IMG/VR virus record: IMGVR_UViG_3300043410_000715
Span: 89,711 to 105,319 of that record
Length of the DNA: 15,609 bases
Source of the DNA: a virus
Taxonomy: Duplodnaviria > Heunggongvirae > Uroviricota > Caudoviricetes
Reading direction: 5' to 3' (one strand)
Part shown: positions 14,423 through 15,609 of the stretch, in pieces
How the letters are laid out: the number at the start of each line of letters is the position of its first letter
Position numbering within the stretch: the stretch's first letter is position 1
The notes under the pieces: model-generated
Seen by the model: the letters and a program-made list of their open reading frames with translations, nothing else
The model's database searches: none
What the model was told of the DNA's origin: nothing
Program-made: the position numbers and the translations under genes

Positions 14423-14427
14423 CATAG

Positions 14428-15162
14428 TTAGATAGGATCGGGACGCTTTTCCAGTTTGTACTTTTTACCCAGCATCTCCCCGTGCAATAGTGCTAGATAG
14501 CTTAACGTTGATTCGTCATCATATTCTATGAAATGACTAGAACTTGTAAACGTATATCTCCAAAAACGTTGGTGACTTCTATCGGAAATAGCATCTTTTA
14601 GCCAACGATTGAATGTTGGGCTAGGGTGTAGTGCTGGGCTACGTTCTAGTAAATCATTCAAATCTATTAAGAAATTATCATCCTTAACACGTTTAGATTT
14701 TAAATATATCCTAAATTTGTGTGCTGGTTCATTTACAAACAGTTTGATACCCGCATACTGTGAGGTCTGTGCTTCAGTATAGTCAATATTTAAATTATTT
14801 CCAAACTGTTCAATTTCCTTCAATAAAGTTAAATCGTTGCAAAATATTGCGGCAGTTTCGTACTCAACTCTAATGGTTGCTTTTTTATCAGCCTTCCTTA
14901 AGTTTCGCCATTCAATAAAATTACACAACGCTTCAAGGTTTGCTTTTATTTCAGGCAAATCTTCTTTTCTAATTCTAGAAAATGCTTTGTGTTTTCCAGC
15001 TAGACGGTCACGCAAATCTTGGGGTGTGTTAGAAAACCAAGTATATCTGATACCAGGAATTTTTAAACGTGCCCTGTAGTTGTATTTGTTGTAATAGATA
15101 TTATCACGGTATTCATAAAAATCAATACCGGGTACATTATCAACTGACTTCAATAATCCCAT
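14428..15162 (-). CDS. Hypothetical protein (~244 aa); likely start ATG 15162 rather than 15180
   Basis: Long ORF with phage-like composition and AAGGT 8 nt upstream of ATG 15162. It overlaps the end of the ClpA-like gene by 23 nt. No motif recognised. Confidence 0.75.
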   Translation of the reverse strand: MGLLKSVDNVPGIDFYEYRDNIYYNKYNYRARLKIPGIRYTWFSNTPQDLRDRLAGKHKAFSRIRKEDLPEIKANLEALCNFIEWRNLRKADKKATIRVEYETAAIFCNDLTLLKEIEQFGNNLNIDYTEAQTSQYAGIKLFVNEPAHKFRIYLKSKRVKDDNFLIDLNDLLERSPALHPSPTFNRWLKDAISDRSHQRFWRYTFTSSSHFIEYDDESTLSYLALLHGEMLGKKYKLEKRPDPI

Positions 15163-15609
15163 CTTCTCCGACCTTTGCATTTAGTTTCTGTGCAACATTA
15201 AAATCAATAGTATCAGTGCCCATCACTGCTGTTACAGTAGCATTTTTGATTCGCTCAAACAAAATCTTTTTGCTCAATGGTACACGAATCAATTCATCAA
15301 TCTTACGTGCTAGAGGACGTGCGCCCATCTTCTTATCATAGCCCTTTTCTGCTAGATAATCAATGACTGGTTCAGTCAATGTTAACGTAATATTGTGCTT
15401 GTCCACTAATTGTTTCTTCAAATCTTCTGTAAATTTAACTACGATTTTCTTAATTGCTAGATTGTCTAGTTTAGCAAATTTACACACTAAATCCAAGCGA
15501 TTACGGAACTCTGGTTTAAAGAATTCTTTCAATGCTTTATCATCTTCGCCGGTCTTTTCTTGACTACCGAAACCGATAACATTTTTTTCGTTATCAGCAC
15601 TACCCAAAT
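15140..15609 (-). CDS. clpA: ClpA/ClpB-family AAA+ ATPase, C-terminal part (end of D2 and D2-small domain); 5' end lies outside the window
   Basis: LGS...IGF...FFKPEFRNRLD...GYDKKMGARPLARKIDELIRVPLSKKILF. The track's 'start' TTG at 15607 is most likely an internal Leu. Confidence 0.88.
   Translation of the reverse strand, partial: LGSADNEKNVIGFGSQEKTGEDDKALKEFFKPEFRNRLDLVCKFAKLDNLAIKKIVVKFTEDLKKQLVDKHNITLTLTEPVIDYLAEKGYDKKMGARPLARKIDELIRVPLSKKILFERIKNATVTAVMGTDTIDFNVAQKLNAKVGEDGIIEVS

Noticed and set aside
243-15563. All plus-strand ORFs in the track (e.g. 1792-2277, 3080-3421, 6495-6785, 11863-12207)
   Set aside because: They lie antisense to long, motif-bearing minus-strand genes, have Ser/Leu/Phe-rich shadow composition, and show no RBS or recognisable motif.
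1-15609. Alternative genetic code, tRNA genes, introns/inteins, holin, or eukaryotic-virus origin
   Set aside because: ORFs tile the window under the standard code using TAA and TGA stops. I saw no cloverleaf, splicing motifs or small multi-TM gene. SD sites, overlapping stop/start codons and a Rho-independent terminator point to a bacterial-type expression system.

Overview
This AT-rich window looks like part of the late (virion-associated) region of a large T4-like or jumbo tailed dsDNA phage. All credible genes lie on the minus strand and are tightly packed. In reading order (right to left) they are: a truncated ClpA-like AAA+ ATPase, a hypothetical protein, two small proteins (one of 55 aa missed by the ORF track), a 1109-aa protein with three unrelated nucleotidyltransferase-type folds, a GT-A glycosyltransferase, an ~855-aa modular protein (Pol-beta-like NTase, two ADP-ribosyltransferase-like modules, one GNAT-like module), a ~206-aa and an 1113-aa modular protein, Dps, a 594-aa modular protein ending in a GH19 muramidase, and a truncated signal-peptide-bearing DNA/RNA non-specific endonuclease also missed by the track. 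The main signal is that five proteins look like polyproteins: several begin with a leader resembling the T4 capsid-targeting sequence, and their modules are bounded by hydrophobic-x-Glu sites matching the specificity of the T4 prohead protease gp21. One such site directly precedes an internal twin-arginine (Tat)-like signal in front of the GH19 domain. Four KxGVAE linkers are nearly identical at the DNA level, which suggests a module-shuffling site. All five intergenic gaps carry a TAAATA late-promoter-like motif. In three gaps the motif sits in a hairpin that hides the ribosome-binding site, and in the other two it lies 5 nt before the ATG, suggesting leaderless mRNA. All family assignments come from motif recognition by eye; no searches were run.
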